64,000 bases of DNA from Nageia nagi. Its lineage: Eukaryota > Plantae > Pinophyta. This document shows positions 37,400-52,959 of the stretch, in pieces. Under the pieces are notes generated by a model. That model saw nothing but the letters and a program-made list of their open reading frames with translations. It ran no database searches and was not told the origin of the DNA. How positions within the stretch are numbered: position 1 is the stretch's first letter; each line of letters opens with the position of its first letter. The stretch lies in assembly GCA_050084985.1 (NCBI GenBank), contig JBITNC010000001.1:163556001-163620000 (forward strand), written 5' to 3'. The position numbers and the translations under genes were made by a program.

Positions 37400-40300
37400 G
37401 TGGTTAAGGCCTTGTTTAAAAGGAATATAATTGAAAACCCACCAAAACATCAAATTCATCCTTCTTTCAAAGGAGGAATTCCAAGTGAGTGTAAATCAGA
37501 TCAATTATGTGAATATCATTAGTAGCATAGGCATATAACTAAGTATTGCATACCATTACTTCATAAGATCTAAGATTTGATTGATCAAGGAAAAGTGTCT
37601 TTTCCTCCACCAAATGAAAAGAAGTATCCAAAGACTAAAAAGGAAGCAAAGGATAAGTTAAAGATGTTACAAGGACTTCAACATGAATATAATAGTAATA
37701 TGGGGATCTTCATAAATACTTTTGTAGAGTTTGTTAAGGAAAAAGATAAAGAATCAACCATCAAATTTGTAAGTGGTTTTCAATATAAGAAACAAAAAGA
37801 TAAAAATATTCCAAATGTTGTTATTACTCTTATCATCGTTAAAAAATTGTGTTCTTTGGTTTATTTGTTTATTTTCATTTTCCTGGTGTTGGCGTTAGCC
37901 ATAACATCCATGCTAGGGTTTCTTTTTTGTTATTATGTTCTTTGATTATTTTTAGTAATATTATATACTTTTTTGTTTGTTGGTTTTATTATCCTTATTG
38001 CTTGTATGTGTCATCCTAGTGTTAGTGATATCCTTAGCATTTGTGCTAGCCTTTTTACCCTTATTTGAAAAATGATTAGTTTGTTGATATTGAAATCACA
38101 TGAATGATCTTGATTCTTTGCATCTTATATAGTTTTGACATTCTTTATTAAGAAAAACTTATTATTATAGGTTTTGATAACTTTTTTTGATCGGTTGAAC
38201 ATAAATTTTCTACCTTATGGATTTTATTTTTTTCTCATATTTTTGGAGAATGCAATATTTGGTGTTAGGAGCATATTGCCTTGTTTCTTTTAGGTATATC
38301 ATGCCAACATTGGTGTTGGTATCATTAGATTATTTCTTACATAGTATTAGCTTTATAAGTTATGTATGGTCAATTGGATATATTCAGTATGAAATAATGA
38401 AACTTAGGCATGTTTGATCATTCTTTGCATTTAGGTCCAAATGTGATGAAATTTGGTTTGCTTGAATAACTTAAGTGTATTTGTCAAAATTTCATAATTA
38501 TTGGGATTTACTTGCATTCCTCAATCTATGGGTTAAAAAGTTTACTGCCTTATATATTCATAAAACCAATGTTGTAACTGGTCTTTGTTAGGATTTTTTT
38601 TTAAATGTGACTTGTGTTATATTTGAGTGTATAATTGCAATTCATTTGCTATTAATTACCATTAGGCATACACAATTAAATTTCATTTATACCTAAGAGT
38701 TATTATCAAATATATAAAAATAAACATGCATTATTGAATTCTAAAAAGGAATACTTATATTAATATGTAAAAAAATGTACAATGTCATATGTATCCATAG
38801 TCATAAAATAAGTACAAAAGGATGATCATTCTTTCCTAACACTAGCATGGCTAGTGGTCCCCTTATCACTCCTAAATGACCTAGATCTTGACCTAGTCAT
38901 GGATAGGCTAGGCCTCTTTAGTATAATATGCTCCTTTAATACCACAAAATATGATTGTAGATATCCCTTTTCATTGAGAATCCCTTGAATTTGCTTGCTA
39001 TGATCTAATACCCTATCCATCATGCCAAGAAATTATTTGTTTCCTTGCGTCTCTTGCATTTATTTGATTGTTTATTATGATTGCTCCAAAGTAGTCAATC
39101 TTATCTTCAACTCTTTTAATTATTTATCTTTTATTTATACCATAATCATAAGTTTTATGATTTCATCTTCTTTATTTCTTTTCTCTACTTTTTTTGCTTC
39201 CAAATCTAATTTCATTTGAGCTATGATAAAAGTAAAAAAAATGTTAGTATGGTTGCATGGATACATTGTGAAACTAACTTGCAGGTATAAGTGTGTGTCT
39301 TACCAAGTTCATTCTTTAGCTATTGATGAGTCTATCAGATAAGGATAGTAATAGGTGGCTCATTGGTGCCATCCTCTTCTTCATTCCCCTGGTCCATCTC
39401 CACTTGTGTGTCTAATGGTAGTTATTGAAGTTATTCTTCATCATCATTAGGTATGTAAACATAGGGTGGATCATCCCTTATTCCTCCTCACCTTCTTCTT
39501 CTTCATCCCCTTCACTCCCACCTTCAAAAACCTCTAGTAGGTCCTACAGGGTGTATTTACCATTTTCCTCTGGCCTATATCCTACCCACTAATCTATGTA
39601 GTCATGCTTAAACTATGGTCCATCATTTGTATCACTGGCCTCCTCATCACTATCTCTACCCAACCCATCATCATATGGTGGCTCCTAATCTTCTTTCCAT
39701 TTGGTTAATACTTAATAAATCATGGGGTAATGTGTCCTATGCCTCCTTGTGTGTACCACTAACCTACATATGAGTACCACTACTTGTCTCTTGGTAAATT
39801 TTACCATCATACAATCAGGTCTATATGGATCTATGAAGGTCTTCCTTGTTTCAAGATAACATGGTACTCTTTTCCATCCTAACTCTCCTATTGGTTCATT
39901 ATCCCAATAGGGTAGGGATGCATAGGGTCTATAGATAATGTCACTTGCAAAAATTTCAAATATTATATGTTAGTTCATGATTTGATATTAGATACATTTA
40001 AAAAAAATAACTAACTATTTGTAAGTAACTCATACCATCCTCTAGGTTATCCACCACCTTTAGCCATGTATTTACCCCTTTGTGCTGATAAGTGAGCTTT
40101 CCATTATTGTCCCATATGAACCATAGGATAAGCTAAAACCCTTAGTATTAATAGCTCTTTAGGTTTAAATACAAAAATATGTTTATAATATTTACACTAT
40201 AATACAAAATAATGTGCCACTCTCTTTCCATCATTTTGAATCATTATGAAGTTGTGTAAGTCATGGTATAGTTATTCTAGAATGTAGGGTTCACATGCAA

Positions 40301-41300
40301 ACCTCCCATCCAAACACATCTCATGGACCACATGAATGAACCCAATCGGAAATATCTTATGGTTTTTGTATGGGTACATAATACTATCAATGTAGGCTAC
40401 TATGATAAGTCAAACTCACCTTTTCCTATTTAACTTCCTTTGAAATGATCGATGAAGTTAGGCCCCTTCTTACCTTCATGATACTCATCGATCCCCATGA
40501 GCCATGTAGGTAATTCACCCTTTAATATTTGGGTCATACCCTCTTGAATGAATTTTGTTATCCCTTTCATTGAAATATGAATAATCTTTTGAATACCCTT
40601 TGTAATAACGATCACCTCTCATGTAGGGAAAAGGAATGTATTGGTGGTTTCAGAACACCTCTCCATCAGGGCCATAAGCATGTATCTATACACCCATACA
40701 TATGGGCCTTGTAGAAGGTACCTCATACCCACATGATTAAGGAGGCCAATCTCTTCCATGGTCATCTTGGTATACCAACTCTAGGCCTTTATCCAACTCT
40801 TTGATTTGAGCTTCGGATCCATGAGAAACTTGCGATACTGCAACAACACAAAAGTAGGTATGTGTTAATTTCATATTATGTAATTTTGTAAATTTAAAAA
40901 GAAATTTTTTTTGTTTGAAATTATACAAACACATGTGACATATTATACCCATGAAAAATACCATATTGCACATGTCTTTTGTTTGCTACATTAGCTCTAC
41001 CACATATGCTAGTGCCTACGTGGGGCTCTTTTAGTCCCTTCCCCTTAAAAATTGTGGGAAACTAATGAAAAATTTAAATAAAAAAAATTATGCTATTAAC
41101 AAACAACCATCACATATGACATAAAAAATATAATTACCTAGCTCCTATTACTAAAACCCTAAGGTTGCAAAATAAAAATATAGGCAAATTATTACAACTA
41201 TATGGTTATATCTCTCAAAACATAAATATACAAGCTTAGGGGACTTACAACATATGTAGACACCTTGTTTTTGTGGAGAAGGTAGACACAATGGATGTAG
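37400..41300 (+). mobile_element. Internally deleted Ogre/Tat-like element: gag knuckle fragment, 3' region, antisense PMD ORF, LTR start near 41256
   Basis: CEYH**HRHITKYCIPLLHKI*DLIDQGKVSF at ~37500-37605; TGTAGACACC at 41256. Confidence 0.55.
39300..40830 (-). pseudogene. Plant mobile domain (aminotransferase-like PMD) accessory ORF, degenerate
   Basis: Minus strand ALMERCSETTNTFLFPT*EVIVITKGIQKIIHISMKG (~40565-40675) and FACEPYILE*LYHDLH (~40255-40300) match PMD motifs; acidic low-complexity tail. Confidence 0.75.
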
Positions 41301-42194
41301 TTACTAGTGATCTTAATATTGGTATAACTAAAATGATCTCAATAACTATTGAGGGAAATCAAAAATTGAATGACACCATAAATTTACCAAGTGCACCTCC
41401 AACAGTTACTCAAACCTTAAAACTACAACTCTTCCTCTCTTGGACTAGAGCATAGATTGATACATTTGAATGTGGTAAATGAACCATGGTTTTCCATATT
41501 TATGATGAAATTAGGACATAATTTTTTAGACTATATAAAAAATTTATGGATAACATTGACAAAAATATTAAAGTCCTTAGAACTCAAAATATACATTATA
41601 ATAGAAACCTATTGTATGAATATACAAAGTGCATTTATAGTAAAACTTTGTATGAATGTTCTAGGTAGCATCAATGTTGATGCCAACATCAATGGACATC
41701 TATGCTAGCATTCATGAGTTATTTTTTAGACATGGGTTTTAGATTGGTATTGCTTGAGATGAGAATGATTTGAAAAATATTATAAAATGAGATATAGGAT
41801 AATCATCATATGTTGGTAATAGGGAACTAGAATTTCAATTTCAAAGTAAGGTCATTTAGGGAATGTTTTAGAATTATATGGTTGAGTTATCAGTTCAAAA
41901 TATTATACAAACAACAAATGGAATGATTTCAGTTAAAAATGTTCAGTTCCAACATGATTGAGAATAAGATGAGAAGTGCTAGTGTGGAAGGAAGCACCAA
42001 TGTTAGGGCATATATTTAATTGTCATCTTTGAATCACTTTAATTGGACTTGGGGGCATGCCCTCACACATATATCAAGAAAATTAATCTTTTATGAATTT
42101 GATTTTCCCTACGTGTACATTGATATGAACATGATATATTTAAAAAAGTGCTTATTTATTTGAGAAATTTGAAATCATTTGATATTTGAAAATA

Positions 42195-43930
42195 TAAAAT
42201 TCTTATTTGGAATATGACAACCCTATGGGTTGGGTATTAAGCATCTTGTTTGGGAATATGAAAACCATATGGGTTAGGTATTTATCATCTTTTTTAGGAA
42301 TATGACAACCCTATGGGTTGGGCATTTAGCATCTTGTTTGGCTTTATGATTGTTGTATGTCTTTAGTAGGAAGATATTGATAAAATTTCATATTTTGGTA
42401 TATTATAACACTTTAGGCTAGGCATTTAGCCTTCTCTTTGGTAATATGATAAAACTTTGGGTTAGGAATTTAATCACTTTATCTTATGATACATCCATGA
42501 ATGGGGCATCTTTTTCTACCATGATGATGTACACCTATGAATAGGGAAACTTTTTTCTTCCATGATGGTGTGACCTTAATTTTCTTTCATTATCTTTTTT
42601 GGTTAGGTTTGAACTAACCATCACTCTTATTACTCTTTATGATTATATGTGTGCATACATGAATGAGGTGTTATGTATTACTATGATGATTTTTATCTAT
42701 GATTAGGATATTTGGTACTATCATGATGATGTATACATATTATATTAATTTCATCCTTGCTCCTTATTGCTTTGAGATGAAATATTTGTGTATGAGTCCA
42801 TGAATGGAATTATTGGTTCTATTGTGATGATTTATATCCATGTATAGTGAATTGAGTATTACCATGATATCAAGCACGTATGGTGATTATTGTTCTCATT
42901 ATCATAGCTATATCTTTAAGAGTTTTTATCACATATATGTTTGGAAGGCGCTTTTCTTTATCTCTCTTTTTCAGGTTATTCTTGATTCTTGGTTGTTTTC
43001 ATTCCATGAGAACCATTCCATTTCATAATCAAGGAAAAGAGAGGCCAACAAATATCATCAACCTTTGATGATCGGATGGCTTAAAAATAAAATCAGGGAA
43101 GTATCAATTTTTTTCTTTCCTTATTTTTTATGTTTCCTTTACAAACACAATTACATTTCAATTCATTATATTTTCAAATGGGGGGATTTTTTGATACTTA
43201 ATTTTGATCCACCTTAGATGGTATCATTAAATATTTTATTATACTAATATTATATAAAATTATTGGTGCTTTCTTGGTTCTTTCTCATGCAATATTATCT
43301 TTTATTGTGTTAGGTACCCTAACATCGATGCTTATATTCCTAACAGGAAATTGGAGGATATGTTGCATATATAAGGGTAAGTATGATTGCATGGTAAATT
43401 TATCAAGATTTCATTTCTATATTCGATACCTAAACTATTATGTGTTTATCAATACCACCTATTGAGATTAGGATCTTGTTATCACATGAGCATATATGTT
43501 ATTTCATCTTCCATAATTATATGTTTGGCTCAACTTATCAATCATATATTGTGTATTGTATCTTGGTTGTGAACTCCACTTATTTGGATGCCTAATGTCC
43601 ACACTATCGTATGTATTATCATTATTGTTCGAGTCTTAGCATCCATGCTCTTATGGGTGTTTGCACCACTATTCCAAACTGATATGCTTTGTAGGGATTT
43701 GCACATCAATATCACTATCTTCAATAAGTTCCTATCTATATATAATATTTTTCATTATGTAAATTTTATAGGTATTTATCTTTTACTTGATCCTATTCTT
43801 AATAGCACATTTTTTTATCTTAATCCAATAATATAAAATCTATTATTCACTCTCATATTTATTTACATTTTGATTATTGTTGATGTTACTATAGTTTCTA
43901 CTTAGCTCATGGTATGGATCACTAAAAATA
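42195..43930. repeat. Second copy of the 35050-37350 blocks, including the ~44-bp tandem repeat (42201-42470)
   Basis: Colinear similarity: 42195-43600 to 35960-37350, and 43180-43930 to 35050-35850. Confidence 0.75.
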
Positions 43931-46339
43931 TTCAACAACAACAATGTCAAAGGTATTATTTCTCAATAATCAATCTTGCACATGATCATATTTTACAAAT
44001 TGTACTCCATAATCACTTATCCATACTCCATTTGAGGAGTATTTACTGATACTAATTATCTCACATAGATGATTATACCATACAAATATATTAGCTATCT
44101 CAACACATGTTATTACATAAAATATAGTCATGAAATGACTAATTAAATATGAAACCTTACATATATCATCACTCTTTACTATTTTTGTATATTCCTCTTT
44201 CAAAGGAATTTTAAACACATTATACAAGTAATCAACATTTTGTTTTACTTGAGTTCAAAATACCAAAGCTACCCACCATTGTGTTCACTTGTAAGATACC
44301 AATTTTTTTTTTTTTTTTTCATTTCATACATAAATAATAAGATAATAATAATAGAAAAATACATAATAATAGTTTCTACAATCAACCTATATATGCAAAG
44401 CAATGAAATGTGGCAAATTCACTCCATTGAATCTTAATGGAAGTTACTTATGAAATTTGACCTTCATCATTATCCATCATTAATGATTTAAGAGAGTAGT
44501 CCTTTCATTATCTACCAATGACCTCTTTATGGGCCTTTTAAGTCCTTCCTACATCCATGATAGGTTTAAGGATAATCATGCTCAATATATTGGTATCCCT
44601 ATGTAATATAAGATCCTCAACCTCTTCCTCCATGGTCTAAGCATTTATTTATGGTATGCTTATCCTATTCATGGCCATATTGGTTGTAAATTTTCCACTT
44701 TTCCTAAGGATTCTTAGCTTCTTATTATGAAAAATTATTTTATAGGAGAATCCTTAAGTTATGCTTCAAGATGGATCATATCAAATCTTGACAGAGACTT
44801 GTTTAACAGCTTTCCACTTAGTTATAAATCTTTATCTTTTTATAATTGATAAGTTTTAATACAATAGATATATTTACTTTCATGTCTATCTTTCAACGAA
44901 AGAATCCAATCCCTAAAGAGTTATGATTTGGATAGTTATAACTTTAACTATTCTTTCTTCTATTATATGCATAAGTTTCATATAAATTGGAGATTGGTCT
45001 TGTTCTTTTTTAAGTTGCATTTATAATGTATGTTCTCAAATAGCATATGGATAGGTCTTATGTTCCTTAATAAAATTGTAAAAGAATGCATCTTTTATGA
45101 TCATGCACTTATTTATTATAAGCATATCACACCATTTCATATAGATTATATTCTATGCATTTTTATTTGCACATGCATCCTGAGCAATATAAACACATTA
45201 CAAGTTTATGAAACTTTTTTTCTCATAGTGATTACAATATTAAGCATTTTATCTTACAATATTAGAAAAGCTTGAGTTTACAAAATTGTGTCATCCATTC
45301 ATTTTTAACTAAGGTGTGATGTGTCTCTCCTACTGTATTCATTCAACATTTATAGTTTATAATAATATTCTAACTAGTTGATTTTAACATACATTATCTT
45401 ATACATAAATTGAAATTCAGCATTCCATTTCGCATATTGTTCATTAATATGTTTCCAAAATATAATATCCAACATATCATAGTAAATAAATAGTTCTAAC
45501 ATTCATATTGAATACATAAGTCAATTATACAACAAGCTTCTCAAGATACAAATATATATGAAATGTCTTATATTGATACTAAATATCATTAAGTCAAGAT
45601 AATGATTTCATCTATCAACTATAAGTAGTAAGCCCTTTCAAAAATAACTAGTAAGTACTTTAGATAGGTGAACTACATAGTGGCTTCAAGAGGTATCTCA
45701 AAAACTCTACTAATATAGGTGTAGTAAGATATTACTTCTACTGTATTGGTACATTATTCTTGAATGATACTTATCCATAGAAATAGAAATCCTATACACA
45801 AAACTTACATCTAGATAAAATTTAGATATTTAACATTGTATAAGAAATTAGATATAAATAGACTCATTAGACTAAATTTAGAGTCAAGAAAATCTCTACA
45901 AGATAACCTAGTTTCCTCCTAACCATGAAATAGAGTGTTGATATCATTATGTACTCTCTATTCCCCTCCCTTAAAGATCAAGAAAATAGGAAAAACTCTT
46001 ATATGTATCAACCATAATGCAATGCAATTCATGCCCATAAGTGCATTAACCCATGCAATCATTCATCTTACCCACATCCTATGCATTTTATTTCACATGC
46101 ATTCATTCAATAGAAAGATGGATTTAACATGGATGATCTTTCCATGATGAAGATCAAGTTAGTTATTCTCTTTGAATATAATGTCATTTTATGTTCTCCA
46201 CATTTATCATGAGTTGTTGGATATGTTTTGAGCATTTTCATAGGTTACAAGATATTACAAGGTATTTTATGCTTCTTTTCGCAATTTGGGATCATGTTTT
46301 TTATTTCATGTGTTGATGTGGCCCGAGGAAAGCATTACC

Positions 46340-46680
46340 ATAGTTTGGGAGTTTAATTACTAACATCATCATCTTTGTGGCATGATGTTGGGTTTACTTA
46401 AGTGTGATATAATCATTGCTAACATCATTAAATTCATGATGCAACATTAGGTTTTCGATGCACAACATGCTCATTATTGACATCATTAGCTTTGTAGCCC
46501 AACATTAGGTTTTCTGGTGCATGACTTCTTGTTGTTGATTTTATCAGCTTCATGGAGAAACATAGGTTTACCAAAGTATGAATAAATCCTTTCTAATTTC
46601 ATCAACCTTACAAATCATAAATGGGTTTACTAGAGTGAAAATAACTTCTTGCTAACATTATCAACTTCAAGATGTGGCAT
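46340..46680. repeat. Degenerate ~59-bp tandem repeat, about 6 copies
   Basis: Recurring ctaacatcat..gggtttac/aggtttt spacing. Confidence 0.55.
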
Positions 46681-47707
46681 TCTAGCCTTCCATTCATGAT
46701 GCAACATTTTGACCTTGCATTCATAATGCAATTTTTTGACCTTGCATAAAGTTGAACATACATTAATATTTTTTCTCTCTACATTTTATTCTACAAGATT
46801 GTTATTATAAACCCTTTTATTTTCTATTACAAACCCACATTATCAAAAGTAGGAGGTATTAACAAGGTTCTTGTTTATAGTATTTCTAGTTTTGATTTAA
46901 ATCATCTACATCTAAACTTTGTAATGATAAAAATAGCTTATTGTCACATTTATTTTTATATGTAGATAAATTGAAATATAAATGCACCTTATACACACTA
47001 CTTGTTGCAACCAAAGAGTTTCAAAAATTGATACAATCCAAATGCCCTAATTTGAAAAACATTATAATTATTGAATATATTTATAAATGATAGATAATAC
47101 AGAGAGAAGCATGTATCTAGTGTTGTAGTAGAACTAGAATAGGATACTATTCATACCATTTGTTTATAGGGAATGGAATAACCTGGTAACAAAGTAATAT
47201 TGAACACTCTAAGATTTAGATAACCTCAACCACTTCATTCCTCTCTGACCATCACCTAAGACCTAGATGCAAGTCTCTATTTATAACATTATTCATCAAT
47301 CCTAGGAGGCCATAAAAGATAATAGGTTACCAAATATAAAAATATTTCTATTCAATTGAATGATGAAGGAACCCATACTTACTTTAAATAAACTCAAATT
47401 CCTTCCTAAATGAGGGTGCAAAGCATAAAATGAGATAATCCATATGATGAGGATCTGTGGTAGTCCTAACCATAATTTTCCCAGCTTTATAAGCCATAAT
47501 CCTTGATGATGGGGCATACTCAGCTCCTAGAAATCATTCCATGGCATCCAAACTCTCTCAAATCGACCATCATTACAAAGTGAGGGGCTCAAACCAAATA
47601 GAGGCCATGACATTATCCCTAAATTTTCCTCATAATAAGTTTCTAATATCCTAAATAAAATTGAGATTCATTCCATCATGGAGGGTGAGGATTAAGCTCT
47701 TAGCATA

Positions 47708-50700
47708 TTGTTGATATGTGTTTTGGTAAACCTAGGGTTTTGGACTAATTGAAATAACTACACATAAACATTTAAATATGTAATAAATAAGCTATTTAAC
47801 TTAAATAAACATTTATGATAATAATAAATAATGGAATAGAGTATAGCAATAGTGTAATGATATAACTAAAGTTCTATCAAATCAAGATAACAAAATGAAA
47901 ACACACACTAAAGAGATGAAATCAAGTGTAAGATAAATACCTATGTATCCTTACTTATGATGGAGGTGAGTATATATAGAATGAACTTGTCAAAGATAAG
48001 TAACCTTAATGTGTGAACCCAATGATCAATAATAGCAAGAATCTTAGTGTGAGTGTTAGGTCTCAAGAGGTCAGCATGGGTGGGCATGCAAGTGTAAAAA
48101 CTAGCAATTTAGTGGAATGAGGTTCACCACCAAATATCGGTAACAACAATGATATTGAAAAGATGAGCCAAACATATGATCATAGAAATGGATGATAGAT
48201 ATGATCAAGTGGTAATAAGATTCCAATCTTAATAGGTGGAATTTAGAAACAACTAAGAGTAGGGTACCAAATATCAAGGTGTAATCTTGATCATGCCTCT
48301 TAAGGTTAGAGATACTTACATTATATGCATATGATATTCCATCAATTGACCCCTTGTAATAAGGTTGAATTCATCCTGATTTACCTAATATAAAAATAAG
48401 AATACAACCTTAGAAGTATGCGGTAATAAGGTAAAATATGATTAAATATGTTTATAATGTTACACCTAAGTGGGGCCACCTTAGAGGGACCAAATTTAGG
48501 TGTCAATAAATGTTCCCCTTTGCAAGTGTAATTAAATAAGAAATTTTAAAATGAAATTATGCTTGCAAAGGAAGTAAAAGATAAAGAGATGAAAATTTTG
48601 ATATCTCCCTAGTTTAGTTGTAGGACTATCCTAATCATCAAGGAATCATGATCTATATTTCCACCTCTTTCCTTGGTTGTGAAGTGAAATGGCTTGCATG
48701 ATGTATAATTGACTAAGAGAAAAGAATAATAGGAAAATAAGAATAACAAAAATACCAAACTCCAAGCATATATGTGATGGTTAACTCATAAAAAATATGG
48801 GAGTGATAATAAGAGTAAAGCATCATAACATTTCATTACAAATGATATAACATGTAAGAGAAAGGATAAAATTAATATAATATGCATGAATCATCTTGAG
48901 AATAGCAAATTTCCTATTCTTAGATTCATATCATCATAGAAATACTCAATGTTTCATTCTTATATGCATACATACAAGATCATAACACAAGTGTGTTAAC
49001 ATTATCATGGGGTACATGCCCCATTCTTAGATGAAACACATGCAATCAGGATCATATATGTCAACATCATCATGAGGTACATGCCCCATTCCTACATGCA
49101 ACATATGAATAATAAAGAACTATCACAGTGATGGTTATTTTAAACCCAACCAAAAAAGGTGGTCATATACATGTGCCATACATCATCATAAGGTACATGC
49201 TCCATTCTTAGATGTAGACACTATATGGTACCATTGCATGAGGTACAAGCTTAATTCTTAGATGTATGTATGTCATGAATAATGTGATTTCTATGGCCAT
49301 TAGCATGATTATTGGTTTAGTGCTAGTCATCAAATTGACCCAAAAGATCTAGTTGGTTTAGCACTAACTAAGTATTTGATTATTGTAGTAATTAGTGTGT
49401 GGATTGGTTTAGTTCCAATCAACAAACTAACCCAAAAATATAATTATAGTACCTTTGATATTGTGACCATTATAATGATGATTGGTATGGTCCCAATTAA
49501 CTAACTAACCCAACAAATTGGTTGGTGTGGTTCCAACCAAGTAATCATAAAATAATGATGGTTATTTAATGTCTACCCAATAAGGACATGATATATCAAG
49601 CAATGTAGTGTAATCATAACTAAGCATCATCGAAGTGAATTAACATTCATGTATTCATTATGTATGGAAAGATAAGGAAATAGGAAATAATACATGTACT
49701 TACCTTTGATGAATTGTTTGATTTATTTCAAGAACGCTAGTGCAAGTGCTGATGTTGGTGTGAATGCATACGGGAGCATGAATGTTAGGTTTTATAATAT
49801 CTTTATAAGTGGAAATATTTTAAGATTGAGATACTACTATTGTGAGCTATAAGATTTATGTTTGGTATCTAGAAATAATGCTCATCATTCTAAGGCATCA
49901 CTTGTACAACTAACTAGACTTGTTCCATTGTATTAGATAAAACAACTAATTGAACTTGATTTACTATTTTCAACTAACCTAACTAACATGTTTTTGACCC
50001 TTTATGTATATAATTTATACTAAATTATAAAATGTGCCAATAATGCTAGTACAAATGCTAGGATACATGGATAATTTTACATAGAAAGCTAGCATGGATA
50101 CTAGCATAACAAAATAAAAATGGAGCTAGGAGATTGATAAGGGACCTTTGATCTAATGGCTGATTGAAGTAGAGCTACTACAAAATATGTTAAAAGATTC
50201 TCTTATGCATAAAAGGGCTTGAGGTGTTTGGAATTGGTTAAAAATTTATCCATTTTTCCCTCAAGTGTTACTAATCTATATGCTCCATTGGGGTATTTTA
50301 TTTTGATGATGTATGGACCCATCCAATTTGTTTCAAATTTACCTTTGTCTTCCTTTTCATCTTGTGATTTGTGATGGTTCTCTTTGAGTACTAAGTCACC
50401 CACTTGTAATTCCCTTAGTACAATTTTATTTCCATATGATTTCTTAACTCTTCTTTGGTAAGATTTTAGATGTTCTAGGGTATGGATTCATTTTTCATCC
50501 AATCCTTCTAAATGTCTCAATCTTGCTTTTCATTGTTGTTCCTAATCAATGGTGCCTTCTTGAGACACCCTTAGTGATGGTATTTCTATTTCTAGTGGTA
50601 TTACTATCTCATCTTCATAGACTAATGAAAATGGTGTGCATATTATGGCTGATCAGATGTTGGTCATATATGCCTAAAGTACATATATGAGTTGTGAATA

Positions 50701-52810
50701 TCAATCTTTGTGAGTTTGTTTGACTATTTTGCATAAAATGTTGATAATATTTTTGTTGGTTGCCTCTATTTTACCATTGCCTTGTGGATAGTATGTTTAT
50801 GCAAAGCTTTTATTTATTTATTTTGGATTCTTTGCAAAAATTTCTTACTTTTTTCCTTCTAAAGTTCTTTACATTATCCATGATTACATGAGATGGAACA
50901 CCAAATCCTATTATAATGTTTTCAATCATGAATTTAACAATTTGAATACCTTTAGATGATCATAATGGTAATGCTTCTATCTATTTTTTAAAGTATTTAG
51001 TGGAAACTAAAATAAATTTATATCCCTCATTAGAATTGGGTTTGATGACTCCTATCAAATCCAAAGCCCAAATAGCAAAAATGCCAAGGAGATATCATTG
51101 TGGCTAGTTCACTTGAAGGAGCTTGTCTCAAGTTAGCATGTTTTTGATATTTTTCACACTTCTTAATATGTAAAATGCTATCCTTTTCCATAGATGTCCA
51201 ATAGTATCTTGGTCATAAGAGTTTGTTAAATATATCTTTTCCATTAAAATGTACCCCACTTATGTTATCATATACTTGTTCCATAGCCTTATTTGCTTAT
51301 GTTTCATTTTAAAATCTAAGTAAAGTACTATCAAATGATATTTTGTAAATAATATCACCAATAATGACATACCTTATAGCCATGCATTTTATTCTTCATT
51401 TGAGGAACTTGGTTTGACATGAATCTAAAATATTTCCTTGTTTTAGGTAGTTGTATATGTCAGCATACCATTCATGTAGTGAAACAATGACACATATGAG
51501 TGGCTCTTTATTGAAGAACCTTTGGTAGTCATCATCATCCACAAAAGAGCAATGTCTGAGACTATTTATCTTGATGATGATCTCATCATATTCAAATAAT
51601 ATAATTATCAAAGAAGACACATTGGCCATGGATTCCACAAATATGTTATTAGTTCTTGTAGTGTTTTCAAACTAAATTTATACAAAGCCTCTTTCAATAA
51701 TCCTTGTAACTAAATCCATATATGGCTACAATTTTTTATCCTTTGTGTTGTATACATCATTGATTTGATTGAGAACAAGTTGTGAGTCACCATAAAATTA
51801 TAACTTATTGATACCAAGATTGATTGCTATCGATTTTCCTAAAACCAAAGCTTCATACTCAATCATATTGTTAGTACATTCAAAATTCAATTTGTAAGCC
51901 ATGGGAATAATACCACCTTTAGGAGATACTAATACAATCCCTACCCTAACCCCTTGTAAGCTTTTAAAATCATTGCAGAATAGTGTCCATGTTTTATTCT
52001 TAAGTTGTTCAACTAGTAACACAAGTTCATTTCTACCTTCATCTTTATTTGTAATCATGTTGTCATATGGTGCTTATTATAGCACATCAGTTATAACCTA
52101 TCCCTTAATTATCATTTTACATGTGTATAGAATGTCAAATTATTATAAATTCATTATCCATTTGGTTGGTATTCCCTATAACTATGGTTTTGATAGTAAA
52201 TATCTCAATGAATCAACTTGAGCTACAATGAAAGTAGTGTTTGTGATCATGTAATATCTTAATTTTTATGTTGTATAGACTATTACATAACACAATTTCT
52301 CAATTTATGTGTAGTTTACTTATGCATTATGTAGTATCTTGGAAAAATAATACACTATCCTCTCCTTGTTTTCTTTTTCAAGTTGTTATAGGACTATTCC
52401 TATAACATTTTTTATAGCTAAGATATATAAGTATAAATGTTTCATATGATCATTTAGCTGTAAAACAAGAGGGTTGAGCAAGTATCATTTGATGTCTTCA
52501 AATGCTTTTTGATATTCCTTAGTACATATGAACTTATTTCCTTTTTTGAGTAAATAAGAAAAGGGAGCTATTCCATTTGCTAATTATGCAATAAATCTTT
52601 TGACTGCTTATAACTTTCCTTGTAGACTTCTAATTTGTCTAATATTATTTGGTGTAGGCACATCCATTATAGCTTTAACTTTCATAGGATCAATTTCTAC
52701 ACATATTCTAGACATAATGTATCCTACAAAATTTCCACTAGATACCCCAAAAACACATTTGTTAGTATTTAAATTTATATTGAATTGTCTCATCCTCTCA
52801 AAGAATTTTG
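47708..52810 (-). mobile_element. 3' half of a Tat/Ogre gypsy element: RT end, RH, additional aRH, integrase, 3' UTR, PPT, LTR (~47708-48509)
   Basis: RT LNTNKCVFGVSSGNFVGYIMS (52608-52793); aRH WTLF..GIVLVSPKG..YKLNFECTNNMIEYEALVLG (51798-52058); integrase GPY domain VGDLVLK..KGKFETNWMGPY..HLKPFY (50203-50403); ~35-bp catcatgaggtacatgccccattcttagatg repeats at 49000-49265. Confidence 0.85.
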
Positions 52811-52959
52811 AGTTGGTCCTTGTTTGGGTCCTTGTTGCATTCCATGTTTTGGTCCTTGTTGGGCTACGATTGAGTAAACAAAAAGCACTTGAGGATCTTC
52901 ATGGTTGGACAATTAAACCATTTAATGTTGTTGGATTTGTGTAGTCTTATGAGATGATT

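Noticed and set aside
47280-47480. LINE zf-RVT-like remnant (LPNIKIFLFN*MMKEPILTLNKL) and other possible LINE scraps near 4300-5200, 44400-44800 and 55200-55600
   Set aside because: Too degenerate to support by eye.
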